DNA from: Candidatus Thorarchaeota archaeon
Lineage (GTDB): Archaea; Asgardarchaeota; Thorarchaeia; Thorarchaeales; Thorarchaeaceae
Assembly: GCA_048882045.1 (NCBI GenBank)
Contig: JBHLRZ010000010.1
Coordinates: 1-64,000, forward strand
Direction: 5' to 3'
DNA length: 64,000 nucleotides
Shown one piece after another: positions 49,372-59,396 of the stretch; position 1 is the first letter of the stretch, and each line of letters starts with the position of its first letter. The notes under the pieces were generated by a model. The model was not told the origin of the DNA. It was given only the letters and a program-made list of their open reading frames with translations, and did not search any database. Position numbers and translations under genes: made by a program.

Positions 49372-49917
49372 ATGATGCCTATCAACCCAGACAGGCAAGA
49401 ATCGCAGATAAGAATGCCCGAACCGAAATACATTGCCGGTCTCTCTTTAATCATCATCATTGGAGGGATTATTGCGGCATTTCTAGCAGGACAGGGGTAT
49501 CTTCCGGTTGATCCAGGGATGGTTTTGGGCATGAGCATACTTGGTGCGACTATCATTGTCTGTTGTACTTCTACTATCATGATAGGTTCATACGCACAGA
49601 GGGTCCCAGAGTATGGAGACATGGAGATCAGGTTTGAGGAAGGCAAGACTCAGTTTGATAACGAAGATTGGGAGTATGCTCTGGAGATATTCAAGACTCT
49701 TGCTGGACCCAAACTTGACCATAAGAGAGCATTGTACTATGGTGCGCGATGCTATGAGGAACTACAAGATTGGGAGAACATGAAGATTTTCTGCAAGGCG
49801 TATTTGAAGATGAAACCGAAGGACAAGGAAGTCTGGGAGATGTTGAATCGAGCACATAAGAAACTCTTCGAGTATGAGGAAGCCGAGAATGCGTTGAAAA
49901 GAGCAAATGAACTCTAA
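49372..49917 (+). CDS. Two-TM membrane protein with C-terminal TPRs
   Basis: Two hydrophobic helices followed by TPR-like ALYYGARCYEEL...KPKDKEVW. Confidence 0.8.
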   Translation: MMPINPDRQESQIRMPEPKYIAGLSLIIIIGGIIAAFLAGQGYLPVDPGMVLGMSILGATIIVCCTSTIMIGSYAQRVPEYGDMEIRFEEGKTQFDNEDWEYALEIFKTLAGPKLDHKRALYYGARCYEELQDWENMKIFCKAYLKMKPKDKEVWEMLNRAHKKLFEYEEAENALKRANEL

Positions 49918-49921
49918 AGAT

Positions 49922-50827
49922 CTACTTGGTCACTGGATTACGTAAATAGCCAATCTTCTCGATGTACATTTCGACACTATCATCAGGCTTTAGGAATTCA
50001 GGTGGATCTCTCACAAAGCCTACTCCAGAAGGAGTACCAGATGCAATCACATCTCCAGGCTCAAGGGTGAATGATTTTGATAGGAACGAAACAATCTGCT
50101 CCACTTTGTATATGAGATTAGATGTTGAAGAGTTCTGCTTGGTTTCTCCATTGACCTTTGTATACATACTTAATCCTGAAGCGTTCCCAAGCTCGTCACA
50201 GGTAACGATACAAGGTCCCATGGGGCAGAATGTATCAAGCGATTTTCCTCGGACCCATTGTCCATCACCCAGCTGAATGTCACGGGCGGAAACATCGTGG
50301 ATGATAGTATAGCCCGCGACATAGTCGAGAGACTGCTCTTCAGAAACATCTTTGCAGCTCTTACCAATCACAACACCAAGCTCGACCTCCCAATCAATCA
50401 TGGAAGACACCTTTGGAATCACAATCGGATCATTCGGACCAATTACACTGGAGGAAAATTTGGTGAAGACAACAGGAAACGCTGGGACTTCGGAACCAGT
50501 CTCCTCAACATGGTCCAGATAGTTCTTACCTAAAGCCACAATCTTGCCAGGACGAGAGATTGGAGCTTCCAATGTTACAGAATCCAGAGGATAAGTCATT
50601 AATCGTTCCTCCTCTGGAGTTTTCTCATACCTGTCAATAATCTGACTGACAACGCTGATGCCTGCAGACCATTGAAGAAGCTCCAACATCGTCGAGGGGA
50701 AACTGTGACCCCTTACGTGGTATTTCCTACCAAAGTGTGAAGCAGCATCAGGGATATCGAGAATGCCACTCTCGAGCTCTACACCGATTGAAGGGACACC
50801 CATCCTTGAATATGTGACGAGTCGCAT
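49922..50827 (-). CDS. Fumarylacetoacetate hydrolase (FAH) family protein
   Basis: GKNYLDH, DWEVEL, HDVSARD, GKSLDTFCPMGP and GDVIASGTPSGVG motifs. Confidence 0.94.
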   Translation of the reverse strand: MRLVTYSRMGVPSIGVELESGILDIPDAASHFGRKYHVRGHSFPSTMLELLQWSAGISVVSQIIDRYEKTPEEERLMTYPLDSVTLEAPISRPGKIVALGKNYLDHVEETGSEVPAFPVVFTKFSSSVIGPNDPIVIPKVSSMIDWEVELGVVIGKSCKDVSEEQSLDYVAGYTIIHDVSARDIQLGDGQWVRGKSLDTFCPMGPCIVTCDELGNASGLSMYTKVNGETKQNSSTSNLIYKVEQIVSFLSKSFTLEPGDVIASGTPSGVGFVRDPPEFLKPDDSVEMYIEKIGYLRNPVTK

Positions 50828-50891
50828 GAAGTTGAAAGGTATACCATCTCATTTATCCGTACCTATGTCAAATCGGACTTTGGTGTAGCAT

Positions 50892-51215
50892 TTGGTCGAC
50901 GAACCTACATTGGACGAACTACCAGACAGAGTGTTTGTGGCACTTGGAAGAAGGGGAATGGAACCTATCCCTTTGAAGGAATGCACCTATGAATGTGACG
51001 GCCAAGAATTGAAACTCATAGAAGTAAAGAAAGACCCAGTTGGAGGGACTGGGACTGAAGAGGTTGAAGAGAACTGGTTGGTCGAATGTACAAAGTGTAA
51101 TCGGCAGTTTACAATCCAATGCATCGTACGCTATCACGACGGAGAAAGAATAGATACAAGAGTGAATTTGATAGATGACAAAGGGCAAAACCTCGGTTGG
51201 TTGGGTAGCTACTAG
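50892..51215 (+). CDS. Small Zn-finger-like protein
   Basis: CTYEC and CTKC; first gene of the leuBCD-like operon. Confidence 0.75.
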   Translation: MVDEPTLDELPDRVFVALGRRGMEPIPLKECTYECDGQELKLIEVKKDPVGGTGTEEVEENWLVECTKCNRQFTIQCIVRYHDGERIDTRVNLIDDKGQNLGWLGSY

Positions 51216-51225
51216 GTGATGAGGT

Positions 51226-52365
51226 TTGGGTCGCAACTACAAAATAGCAGTACTTCCAGGAGACGGAATCGGAAGAGAGGTCATTCCAGAGGCTATCAAG
51301 GTGCTGAGAGAGGCCTCAACTATCACTGGTCTCCAACTTGACATCCATGAATTTGAGTGTGGAGGGCAATACTACCTCGAACATGAGAGGGAATGGTCTG
51401 AAGAAGCAGAAGATTTCACTAAGAAAGAGGCGGATGCAATCCTGCTTGGAGGGATTGGAGGAACTGACCAAGCAGGTAATGTCGTCAGATTACACGATGG
51501 CAATCTAGCTGGATACAACATCGTGATTGGGTTGAGGCAGGACCTTGACCTTTATGCTAATGTACGACCAGTGAAATTATACCATGGAGTTCCAACACCT
51601 CTAGCTAACAAACGTCCTGAAGATATCGACATGGTCATTGTAAGAGAAAACACTGAAGGACTCTACACTCCTGTACGAGGGAGGGTGTCAGATTCTGACA
51701 GAGAGCTTGCGTTTGATCTGCGATTGATTACAGCAAAGGGGTCAGAACGTGTGGCAAGGTATGCATTCAATCTGGCCATGAAAAGAAACGGAGCTCCTGT
51801 TGACAAACAGAAGAGAGTGACCTGTGTCGACAAGAGCAATCTCCTTGCAGGCTGTAAATTGTTCAGAGAGTCTTTCGACAAGGTATCAACAGAGTTCAAA
51901 GAAGTATCCAAAGACTATGCCTATGTTGATGCATGGACACTCTTGGCTTTGAAACAACCAGAGTTCTACGATGTTGTTGTTGCACCAAATGCCTTTGGTG
52001 ATATAATCAGCGATTTAGGAGGAGCGATTCAAGGAGGATTGGGTGTCGCTCCATCCGGCAATATCGGAGAGAAACATGGAATGTTTGAACCAGTCCACGG
52101 ATCAGCCCCAGACATTGCGGGAACATATCAAGCTAATCCGATAGCTGCAATACTGTCAACTGCAATGATGCTAGAATGGCTGGGTACCAAACATAATGAC
52201 GCAATATCAACTCAGGCTGCTGAATCAATTAGGTGTGCAGTAGAAAGTGTCCTACATGAAGGGCAGGACCGTACTGTAGACTTATGTAGAGGAAGATGGC
52301 AAAAAGTAAAGCCTGCAACCACTCTAGAAGTGGGCATAGCAATCGTCAAGAGAATCAAGGGGTGA
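51226..52365 (+). CDS. Isopropylmalate/homoisocitrate/tartrate dehydrogenase family (LeuB-like)
   Basis: PGDGIGREV, DLYANVRP, RENTEGLY, NAFGDIISD and FEPVHGSAPDIAG motifs. Confidence 0.92.
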   Translation: MGRNYKIAVLPGDGIGREVIPEAIKVLREASTITGLQLDIHEFECGGQYYLEHEREWSEEAEDFTKKEADAILLGGIGGTDQAGNVVRLHDGNLAGYNIVIGLRQDLDLYANVRPVKLYHGVPTPLANKRPEDIDMVIVRENTEGLYTPVRGRVSDSDRELAFDLRLITAKGSERVARYAFNLAMKRNGAPVDKQKRVTCVDKSNLLAGCKLFRESFDKVSTEFKEVSKDYAYVDAWTLLALKQPEFYDVVVAPNAFGDIISDLGGAIQGGLGVAPSGNIGEKHGMFEPVHGSAPDIAGTYQANPIAAILSTAMMLEWLGTKHNDAISTQAAESIRCAVESVLHEGQDRTVDLCRGRWQKVKPATTLEVGIAIVKRIKG

Positions 52366-52369
52366 GAGA

Positions 52370-53635
52370 ATGGGGAAGACTCTAGCTGAGAAGATATTGG
52401 GCAGTCACACAAATGATGGAGATGCAAGCGCTGGAGAGATTGTTGAGGCACGAGTAGACCTCCTTATGGTTCATGAGGTGCTAGGCTCCAGAATTCTACC
52501 CATCCTTGACGAGATGAATTTCAAGAAGGTGTGGAACCCTAACAGAGTGCTTGTTGTCAATGACCACTGGGCGCCAGCCTCAGATATCAATAGCGCAGAA
52601 ATCCATCGAAGAAACAGGAACTTCGTGAAAGAGCAAGGCATCACAAACTTCTGTGACGTGGATTGCGGCATCTCACATCAAGTCCTCCCTGAGATGGGGC
52701 TGGTGGTTCCAGGTGCGTTGATTGTGGGCAGTGATTCTCATTCCACAACATATGGAGCATTCAATGCTTTCTCAACTGGCTTGGCAGCAACAGATTCAGC
52801 ACTGATTCTAGCCACAGGAGAGATTTGGTTCAGAGTACCGGAAACTCTGAAGATTATTGTAGAGGGAGAGATTCCAGAAAGGGTGATGAGTAAGGACCTG
52901 ATTTTGAAGATTATCAGCGAACTGGGTCCTGATGGAGCGAACTATCAATCTATGGAATTTCATGGTCCGACCATTGACACCATGAGTGTAGGCGAACGGA
53001 TGACAATGTGCAACATGACAGTTGAGGCAGGGGCGAAGTGTGCTCCAATGCCCATCAATCAGGACGTGAGGTTCTGGATGGAGGACTATGCACCTAAGAA
53101 GAAGTGGAAAGAGGTCTCGGTCGATGCAGATGCTGATTATATCGATGAACGTCAATATGACCTGTCGGACGAACCACTGGAACCAACGGTTGCACCGCCG
53201 GATCTCCCAACAAACGGAAAGCCTGTGGCAGAAGTTGCAGGAGTTCCAATCGATCAGGCTTTCATTGGTTCGTGTACCAACGGTAGGCTCGGGGACTTGA
53301 TAATAGCAGCAGAGATTCTGAAAGGCAAGAAAGTGAAGGAAGGAGTTCGACTAATCATCACTCCTGCGAGTAAAGCGACCTACATGGAAGCGCTGGAAAG
53401 AAGCATCATCAAGATACTGATGGATGCAGGTGGCATAGTGACCAACTCGACTTGTGGTGCGTGTGTTGGAGGTCACTTGGGAGTATTAGGGGCTGGTGAA
53501 GTGTGTATTTCCAGTACAAACCGTAACTTCAGAGGAAGAATGGGGCATCAAGACTCACGTATCTATCTGGCCTCTCCAGCCACTGTAGCAGCAAGTGCCC
53601 TGAAAGGCGTGATTACGGACCCGAGGAGTGTTTGA
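52370..53635 (+). CDS. leuC: Isopropylmalate isomerase/homoaconitase large subunit
   Basis: DH, GSDSHS, IGSCTNGR, CGACVG and STNRNFRGRMG motifs. Confidence 0.88.
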   Translation: MGKTLAEKILGSHTNDGDASAGEIVEARVDLLMVHEVLGSRILPILDEMNFKKVWNPNRVLVVNDHWAPASDINSAEIHRRNRNFVKEQGITNFCDVDCGISHQVLPEMGLVVPGALIVGSDSHSTTYGAFNAFSTGLAATDSALILATGEIWFRVPETLKIIVEGEIPERVMSKDLILKIISELGPDGANYQSMEFHGPTIDTMSVGERMTMCNMTVEAGAKCAPMPINQDVRFWMEDYAPKKKWKEVSVDADADYIDERQYDLSDEPLEPTVAPPDLPTNGKPVAEVAGVPIDQAFIGSCTNGRLGDLIIAAEILKGKKVKEGVRLIITPASKATYMEALERSIIKILMDAGGIVTNSTCGACVGGHLGVLGAGEVCISSTNRNFRGRMGHQDSRIYLASPATVAASALKGVITDPRSV

Positions 53636-53638
53636 ACT

Positions 53639-54142
53639 ATGAGTAAGGACTTTAGTAACATCACTGGTCGTGCATGGGTGTTTGGAAATAACATCAACAC
53701 TGACCAGATCATTCAAGGCCAATACCTCACACTCCTAGACTACAGCGAGATGACAAAGCACACCTTCGAGATTCCAAGACCCGTCTTTGCATCTAAAGTG
53801 AAGCAGAATGACATTGTCATAGCAGGAACCAACTTCGGAAGTGGTTCTTCACGTGAAGAAGCTCCAAAGGTTCTCAAGCACAGTGGTATTGGTTGCGTGG
53901 TTGCAGAGTCTTTCGCTCGGATATTCTACAGGAACTCATTCAATGTAGGATTGCCATTGTTGATCATTCCGAACATTGGAAAGCTCGTCAAAGACGGGAA
54001 GACTGTTACTGTCAATCTCTGGAAAGGCACACTGGCAATCAAGGATGATGGTGTTACACTACATGGGAATCCACTCCCTGAGAAGATGGTTGAAATTCTT
54101 AGGGCTGGTGGAGCTGTGCCCTGGTTCAAAAAACACTCATGA
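53639..54142 (+). CDS. leuD: Isopropylmalate isomerase/homoaconitase small subunit
   Basis: NINTDQII, NFGSGSSREEA and SFARIFYRN motifs. Confidence 0.88.
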   Translation: MSKDFSNITGRAWVFGNNINTDQIIQGQYLTLLDYSEMTKHTFEIPRPVFASKVKQNDIVIAGTNFGSGSSREEAPKVLKHSGIGCVVAESFARIFYRNSFNVGLPLLIIPNIGKLVKDGKTVTVNLWKGTLAIKDDGVTLHGNPLPEKMVEILRAGGAVPWFKKHS

Positions 54143-54217
54143 TCTCCAAAAGGTGGCAAAACACTAAAAGGAGTCACTCTGTGGACAAGACAGTAACCTT
54201 GATTGTGAGGACACTGG

Positions 54218-56002
54218 ATGAACGTAATCTTCTTTCTATTCATTAGTTTGATTCTTCATGCGATTCCAATCCCGTTCAGGACTGAAATGCTGAAGCCAAA
54301 CAGACTGATCAAATGGCTTCCATTTAGACTGATTTGGGGATCTGTGGCATGGGCTATAATAACTCTCTTGATGGTCTCAACCCTTCCTTGGGCAATACTG
54401 ACCCTTCTCACGAGTCTAGGACTGCTTTTGATTTTCTCAAGCGGATTCAGGGGCGGCGATATTGAAGAGGTCCTGCAGGGAATTAGAGTGCCTCTGACTT
54501 GTATTGGACTTTTAGTCATCATTCTGGTCCCAGCATTCTCAGGAATCATCAGCTGGACTTCTGATGTATCAAATGCGAACTACTTCGATGGCAAAATCAT
54601 TGAAAGTGATGAACCACTGTTTAATACGACAATTCCTGACAATATGGTGCGTTTGGTGACTGAAGAATATGCTATGTACGTTGCAAGACAGCATCTCTCA
54701 CCCTTTGGATCTAATGTCTATGTTGCGGCTGCACATATCACTACGAGAAATGACAAGTTAGTATGGGTGTGTACAATAGTATCGACCAATGTCTTGGCAG
54801 AGAACTTCATCAAAGGATTCATCGTGGTTGATGCCAATGATCCACAGTCTGAAACACCTGACTTGATCCAAGGTACAAACATTACTGTTGGAGAAGGTCT
54901 CTTCTGGGACCGCAATATTCAGTTTGGAAACTACTTGAATGACATGACTTCAAGCTATGAGTATGCCTACCCAACATGGGATCCCGACGGCGATATGGTC
55001 TATGTTCAGACCAGAACGCCGATTGGTTTCGACTTTGTCGAGAGGGCTAGCGGACCAGTTCTCTATTATGAGAATGGTTCAGTATTCAGCTATGCAACCA
55101 TCGAAGAAACCCCAGATTGGGTCACTCAGGCATATGGCGAAGAGTATCTAGAGCGACAGATCTCAAGATGGGGTGGCTACAGGCGAGGTGACGGATTCGA
55201 TCTCTTTGCAGGTGGATTCCTCTGGGTCATTGCGCCTTCAAACAACCGATTGGAGATTCATGAAGACACGCGATACATCATAAATCCTGACACTAACCGA
55301 GTAGAAGCTTTCATAGCAATGAATCCCGTGACAGCTACAAGAACCCTTGCAGGTGTATTCAGGGCTACAAAGGATGAGATATACTACCATGACCTGAGTG
55401 GAGAGGGATATGTCAGCGGCGATGCAGCTGCAGCCAATGTTGTTGCAGTTTTAGGAAAGCCAGCAAGTGGAGAGTATTTTGGTGCAATGCCACTTCTCTA
55501 TCCAGTCGTGATCAACTCAACACTGACCAAATGGACATGGTATGCACCTATCTATTGGGCAGACTATGCCTATGATGAGGAATCTGAATCCTACACCGCG
55601 ACAAACATGCGACTCATTGCATTAGGGATGGTGGATGCGTCCAACATCGATAGGTTTGCTTGGAAACTTCTTGAAGGAGGTCTTTCAGGAGAGGAACTCG
55701 TGCATTCTGTACGGACGGAATATGTAGAGTTGTTGGGAGGAACAGTAGAACCAGAGCCCACTGGAACCTTCGAGATGACTGCATCAGTCGTGAACAAGAC
55801 GAGCTATGTAGACGGTGGTGACACTCACATAGTACTCAAGACCGATAATGCAACATATCCATACATCGAGGGAGCTCGGGACTGGATGAATCTGACAGAC
55901 TGGTATACACTACTCAACGACATCGGAGTTGGAAACTCTTTCACAGCAACCATCCAAATCGTTGGTGACATGTATCGGATAATTGCTATATTTAAGAACT
56001 AG
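54218..56002 (+). CDS. Membrane protein with large extracytoplasmic domain, unknown function
   Basis: 3-4 N-terminal TM helices followed by a soluble domain of about 480 aa. Confidence 0.75.
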   Translation: MNVIFFLFISLILHAIPIPFRTEMLKPNRLIKWLPFRLIWGSVAWAIITLLMVSTLPWAILTLLTSLGLLLIFSSGFRGGDIEEVLQGIRVPLTCIGLLVIILVPAFSGIISWTSDVSNANYFDGKIIESDEPLFNTTIPDNMVRLVTEEYAMYVARQHLSPFGSNVYVAAAHITTRNDKLVWVCTIVSTNVLAENFIKGFIVVDANDPQSETPDLIQGTNITVGEGLFWDRNIQFGNYLNDMTSSYEYAYPTWDPDGDMVYVQTRTPIGFDFVERASGPVLYYENGSVFSYATIEETPDWVTQAYGEEYLERQISRWGGYRRGDGFDLFAGGFLWVIAPSNNRLEIHEDTRYIINPDTNRVEAFIAMNPVTATRTLAGVFRATKDEIYYHDLSGEGYVSGDAAAANVVAVLGKPASGEYFGAMPLLYPVVINSTLTKWTWYAPIYWADYAYDEESESYTATNMRLIALGMVDASNIDRFAWKLLEGGLSGEELVHSVRTEYVELLGGTVEPEPTGTFEMTASVVNKTSYVDGGDTHIVLKTDNATYPYIEGARDWMNLTDWYTLLNDIGVGNSFTATIQIVGDMYRIIAIFKN

Positions 56003-56035
56003 ATGAGGGGAGGGGGTTTTCCCCCTTCCATTCAT
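56003..56035. terminator. Hairpin between convergent genes
   Basis: GGGAGGGGG-TTTT-CCCCCTTCC followed by a T-rich tract. Confidence 0.7.
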
Positions 56036-56046
56036 TTCTTTTCGTG

Positions 56047-57216
56047 CTAACTAGGAAAGAAGTCCTTGAAGACTTCACGCTGGATGAGGAATCGTAGAAT
56101 CTCAGCGGTCCCCCCACCAATTGTCATGAGTCGTGCATCTCGCATGAAGCGTTCCACGGGATAGTCTGTTGTATATCCCATTCCCCCTAGTATTTGAATT
56201 GCGTCGTTTGTGATTTGGACTGCAGCCTCTGTGGTGAACAACTTGGCTATTGATGCCTGTTTAGTTATTGGCTCTCCTCGGTCATACATTCTTGCTGCAG
56301 TAAGGGTGAGGGCACGACCAGCCTCCAGCTTCATGTACATATCGGATATTTTGAAGCTCACTCCTTCAAAGGCACGAATAGGTCGACCGAATTGATGGCG
56401 TTCGTTCGCATACTTTACCGAAATCTCATAGGGAGTGCGCGCATATCCAATCGCTTCTCCAGCAATTGCTGTTCTCTCACTATCAAGTTCATCCATGAGA
56501 ATGTGGAATCCCTGTCCAGGTTTCCCAAGAAGCATATCACTAGGAACTCTGACATCCTCCAGTTTCAACCAAGAGACTCGAGCAGATTTCATTCCTAGTA
56601 ATTCATGGTCTTGGACTACAGTAAATCCATCCATGTTTTTGTCCACGATGAATGCAGACATTCCATCCTTGGATTTCACTTTGGGATCAGTAATAGCGAA
56701 GGCACACATGAAGTCTGCTTGACTTCCATTCGTGATGAAACGTTTCTCACCGTTTAGAATCCAGTCGTCTCCATCCTTCACAGCAGTTGTCTTCATCCCA
56801 GCAGTATCACTTCCCACATCAGGTTCTGTGATACCGATACATCCTATCTTTTCGCCAGCAACGACTGGCTCTAGGAATTTCTTCTTCTGCTCACGTGTGC
56901 CAAAGCGTGCGAGAGGCATCCCATATAGCGTTGTTGAAGCCATCCTAGCCATGTCGAGACCGCCGTTCACAGCAGAAATCTCCTCAGCCACAATGATCTC
57001 ATAGGAGAGACCCTTCTCGGTTCCACCTACGGACCTGTCATGATGGACTCCCATGTAGCCCGCTTTGCCTATCTTGCGAAGAAGTTCCCGAGGATATGGA
57101 CCCTTGTCAATCTCATCTGCAATCGGTGCAATCTCTTTTGCACAAAACTCCTGTATCTCCCTTCTGAAGGCGATTTCATCATCTGTCCAGAGTGCATTTG
57201 ATAGATAGTCGACCAT
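56047..57216 (-). CDS. Acyl-CoA dehydrogenase
   Basis: ITEPDVGSD, LNGEKRFITNG, RHQFGRPI, QILGGMGY and IGGGTAEI motifs. Confidence 0.95.
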   Translation of the reverse strand: MVDYLSNALWTDDEIAFRREIQEFCAKEIAPIADEIDKGPYPRELLRKIGKAGYMGVHHDRSVGGTEKGLSYEIIVAEEISAVNGGLDMARMASTTLYGMPLARFGTREQKKKFLEPVVAGEKIGCIGITEPDVGSDTAGMKTTAVKDGDDWILNGEKRFITNGSQADFMCAFAITDPKVKSKDGMSAFIVDKNMDGFTVVQDHELLGMKSARVSWLKLEDVRVPSDMLLGKPGQGFHILMDELDSERTAIAGEAIGYARTPYEISVKYANERHQFGRPIRAFEGVSFKISDMYMKLEAGRALTLTAARMYDRGEPITKQASIAKLFTTEAAVQITNDAIQILGGMGYTTDYPVERFMRDARLMTIGGGTAEILRFLIQREVFKDFFPS

Positions 57217-57279
57217 CGTAGACCCCTATGTTTTGAAGAAATAACTTGCTAAAATAACTAACTGGAGATGCAACTTGCA

Positions 57280-57603
57280 TCATGAATCAAGATTAAACAA
57301 GAACCGCTCTTCAGAGTCTAAAGAAAGAATCACGCTGTCACCAATCTCCAGAGTAGACAAGTCATTATCCTTGGCTAGACAAAGGACCACTGCCCCATAC
57401 TCGAGTTCAACAAGTGCCATCATTAGGGGAGGTTCAAATCCCTCCGGAGGCATCTGGAGTGTGGTGAAGCTTGCAACTGTTCCCTCACCCTCTATTTCCA
57501 ATAAGTCCATCGTCCCAGATTTTGGTCCGCAGTATGGACAGATTTCACGAGGGGGGACAATGGCTCGTTCACACTCCTGGCATCGAGAGGCTGTAATCTT
57601 CAA
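57280..57603 (-). CDS. DUF35 Zn-ribbon/OB-fold protein
   Basis: CQEC...PPREICPYC; GTVASFT. Confidence 0.9.
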   Translation of the reverse strand: MKITASRCQECERAIVPPREICPYCGPKSGTMDLLEIEGEGTVASFTTLQMPPEGFEPPLMMALVELEYGAVVLCLAKDNDLSTLEIGDSVILSLDSEERFLFNLDS

Positions 57604-57696
57604 CCCTGTATCACAAGAAAATACTGAGTTTCACCGGTGAAAAGGTTTCTGTCAAATGACCATTGGGACTGTCGAGTCTTGATGTGAATCATGAAT

Positions 57697-58860
57697 CTAG
57701 ATACTAAATAGTCCAACACACATGTTGTTGCCAAAGCCGCCTATGTTATGTGTCAGTCCAATTTTGGGAGAATCGACTTGGAGACCTGAAGGTGCGTTGC
57801 CAACAAGTTGCTGGTAGATATCATGAATCTGTGCGATTCCTGTAGCTCCTGTGGGATGACCTCTTGCCTTCAGACCACCAGTCGCGTTTACAGGGATGTC
57901 CCCGTCAATCTCGGTCTTTCCCTCCTTTACAAGGTCAATTGCATGGCCTCGTTCGATCAGACCAATGTCCTCCATATTGATGAGTTCAAGTATGGAGAAT
58001 GCATCATGGAGCTCACAAATGCCAACATCACCAGGGTTGATCTTTGCCATTCTGAATGCCTTTTCAGCTGCTGCAACTGTTGCACCGAAAGAGGTCATTG
58101 AGAGTCTGTGTTGGACAGCATGATAGTCTGTTCCATGTCCAACTCCAAGAACTCTGACAGCCTGATCCTTCAGTTTCAAGTCTTTCAAGATTCTGTCAGA
58201 TGCCAGAACTATAGATGCGGCTCCATCAGATGTCGGACAACAATCGAACAACGTTAGTGGTTCCGCAACAATCCTACTATTGTTGACTTTCTCAATAGAA
58301 ATCTCCTTTTGAAAATGAGCCAGTGGATTCTTTGCTCCATTTCTATGCGCCTTGACAGGAATGAGGGAAAGCTCATCTCTTGTCAAACCATAATCATGCA
58401 TGTAGCGTCGTGCGACCATCGCAGCAAGAGCCGTAGGAGTGGCTCCATATCTGATTTCATTCTCATACGACATCATCTTGGCAAGGATTTTCGACGCAGT
58501 TCCTCTGTCTACCTCTGACATCTTTTCAACTCCAATGACTAGGACAAGGTCAGAGTATCCAGAAGCAATCATTGTGAATCCAACCTCGAAAGCACTTGAT
58601 CCTGAGGAAGGTCCAGTTTCAACACGAGTCGCTCCCGCTGGAACAATCCCAAGACGGTCTGCCAGAAGTGTTGAAAGATGACCTATACCAACAAACTCGT
58701 CAGGATTCTGAGAAGATACAACCAGATGGTCAAACTTTAGCTCTAGAGTCATTGACTGTGTCAACGCTTTAGATGCAGCCAATTCAGACAAATGAATCAG
58801 AGTATCATCAAGAATCCCAAAAGGAGTCATTCCAGCACCAATGACGTTCACTGACTCCAT
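57697..58860 (-). CDS. Thiolase-fold protein lacking the catalytic Cys
   Basis: ELHDAF, GGLKARGHPTGATG and HNIGG motifs; the nucleophile loop reads RVETGPSSG. Confidence 0.9.
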   Translation of the reverse strand: MESVNVIGAGMTPFGILDDTLIHLSELAASKALTQSMTLELKFDHLVVSSQNPDEFVGIGHLSTLLADRLGIVPAGATRVETGPSSGSSAFEVGFTMIASGYSDLVLVIGVEKMSEVDRGTASKILAKMMSYENEIRYGATPTALAAMVARRYMHDYGLTRDELSLIPVKAHRNGAKNPLAHFQKEISIEKVNNSRIVAEPLTLFDCCPTSDGAASIVLASDRILKDLKLKDQAVRVLGVGHGTDYHAVQHRLSMTSFGATVAAAEKAFRMAKINPGDVGICELHDAFSILELINMEDIGLIERGHAIDLVKEGKTEIDGDIPVNATGGLKARGHPTGATGIAQIHDIYQQLVGNAPSGLQVDSPKIGLTHNIGGFGNNMCVGLFSI

Positions 58861-58870
58861 GTATAGGACC

Positions 58871-59395
58871 TCATTCAATGAGTACCAGAAGGTCATTAGG
58901 TGTGACCATTGTTCCCACCTCAACGTTGACCTCCTTCACGGTCCCCCCTGACCCAGCCTTCAGTTCATTGAACATCTTCATGGCTTCTAGGATGACAACG
59001 GTGGCTCCGGATTTGATTTTATCACCTACTTTGATACGCACTTCGGTGATTTTACCTGGCATCGGAGGATAGATACCTCCTGAAATTTTTGGTCCAGCAG
59101 AAGATCCAGCCGCACTCTTCACTGCTTCTTCTTCCCGCACTCGTTCCCACTCCAGAACTCTCTCCTCGCCATTTATTTCAAGAGTAATGTTCTTTCCAGA
59201 CCTCTTTAGAATCTTGAGAGAGTAGTCAGAAGATGTATCATTGACAGTCCAATTACCTTCATCATCCTGGAATGGCTTCATTGTATAGCTCTGGTCCCCA
59301 ACACTGATCACGAGAAGACCACCTTCATCGAGCATCTTGACATCAACATCGAATGATTTCTCGTCAAGGAGTGCTTTGTATTTACTGGGACTCAC
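58871..59395 (-). CDS. Biotin carboxyl carrier protein
   Basis: PMPGKI and EAMKM; GTG 59395 lies just after the upstream stop. Confidence 0.92.
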   Translation of the reverse strand: MSPSKYKALLDEKSFDVDVKMLDEGGLLVISVGDQSYTMKPFQDDEGNWTVNDTSSDYSLKILKRSGKNITLEINGEERVLEWERVREEEAVKSAAGSSAGPKISGGIYPPMPGKITEVRIKVGDKIKSGATVVILEAMKMFNELKAGSGGTVKEVNVEVGTMVTPNDLLVLIE

Positions 59396-59396
59396 T

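Noticed and set aside
57425-57447. GGTTCAAATCC tRNA T-arm-like motif
   Set aside because: Lies inside the DUF35 CDS (PPEGFEPP), the stem is imperfect, and there is no cloverleaf.
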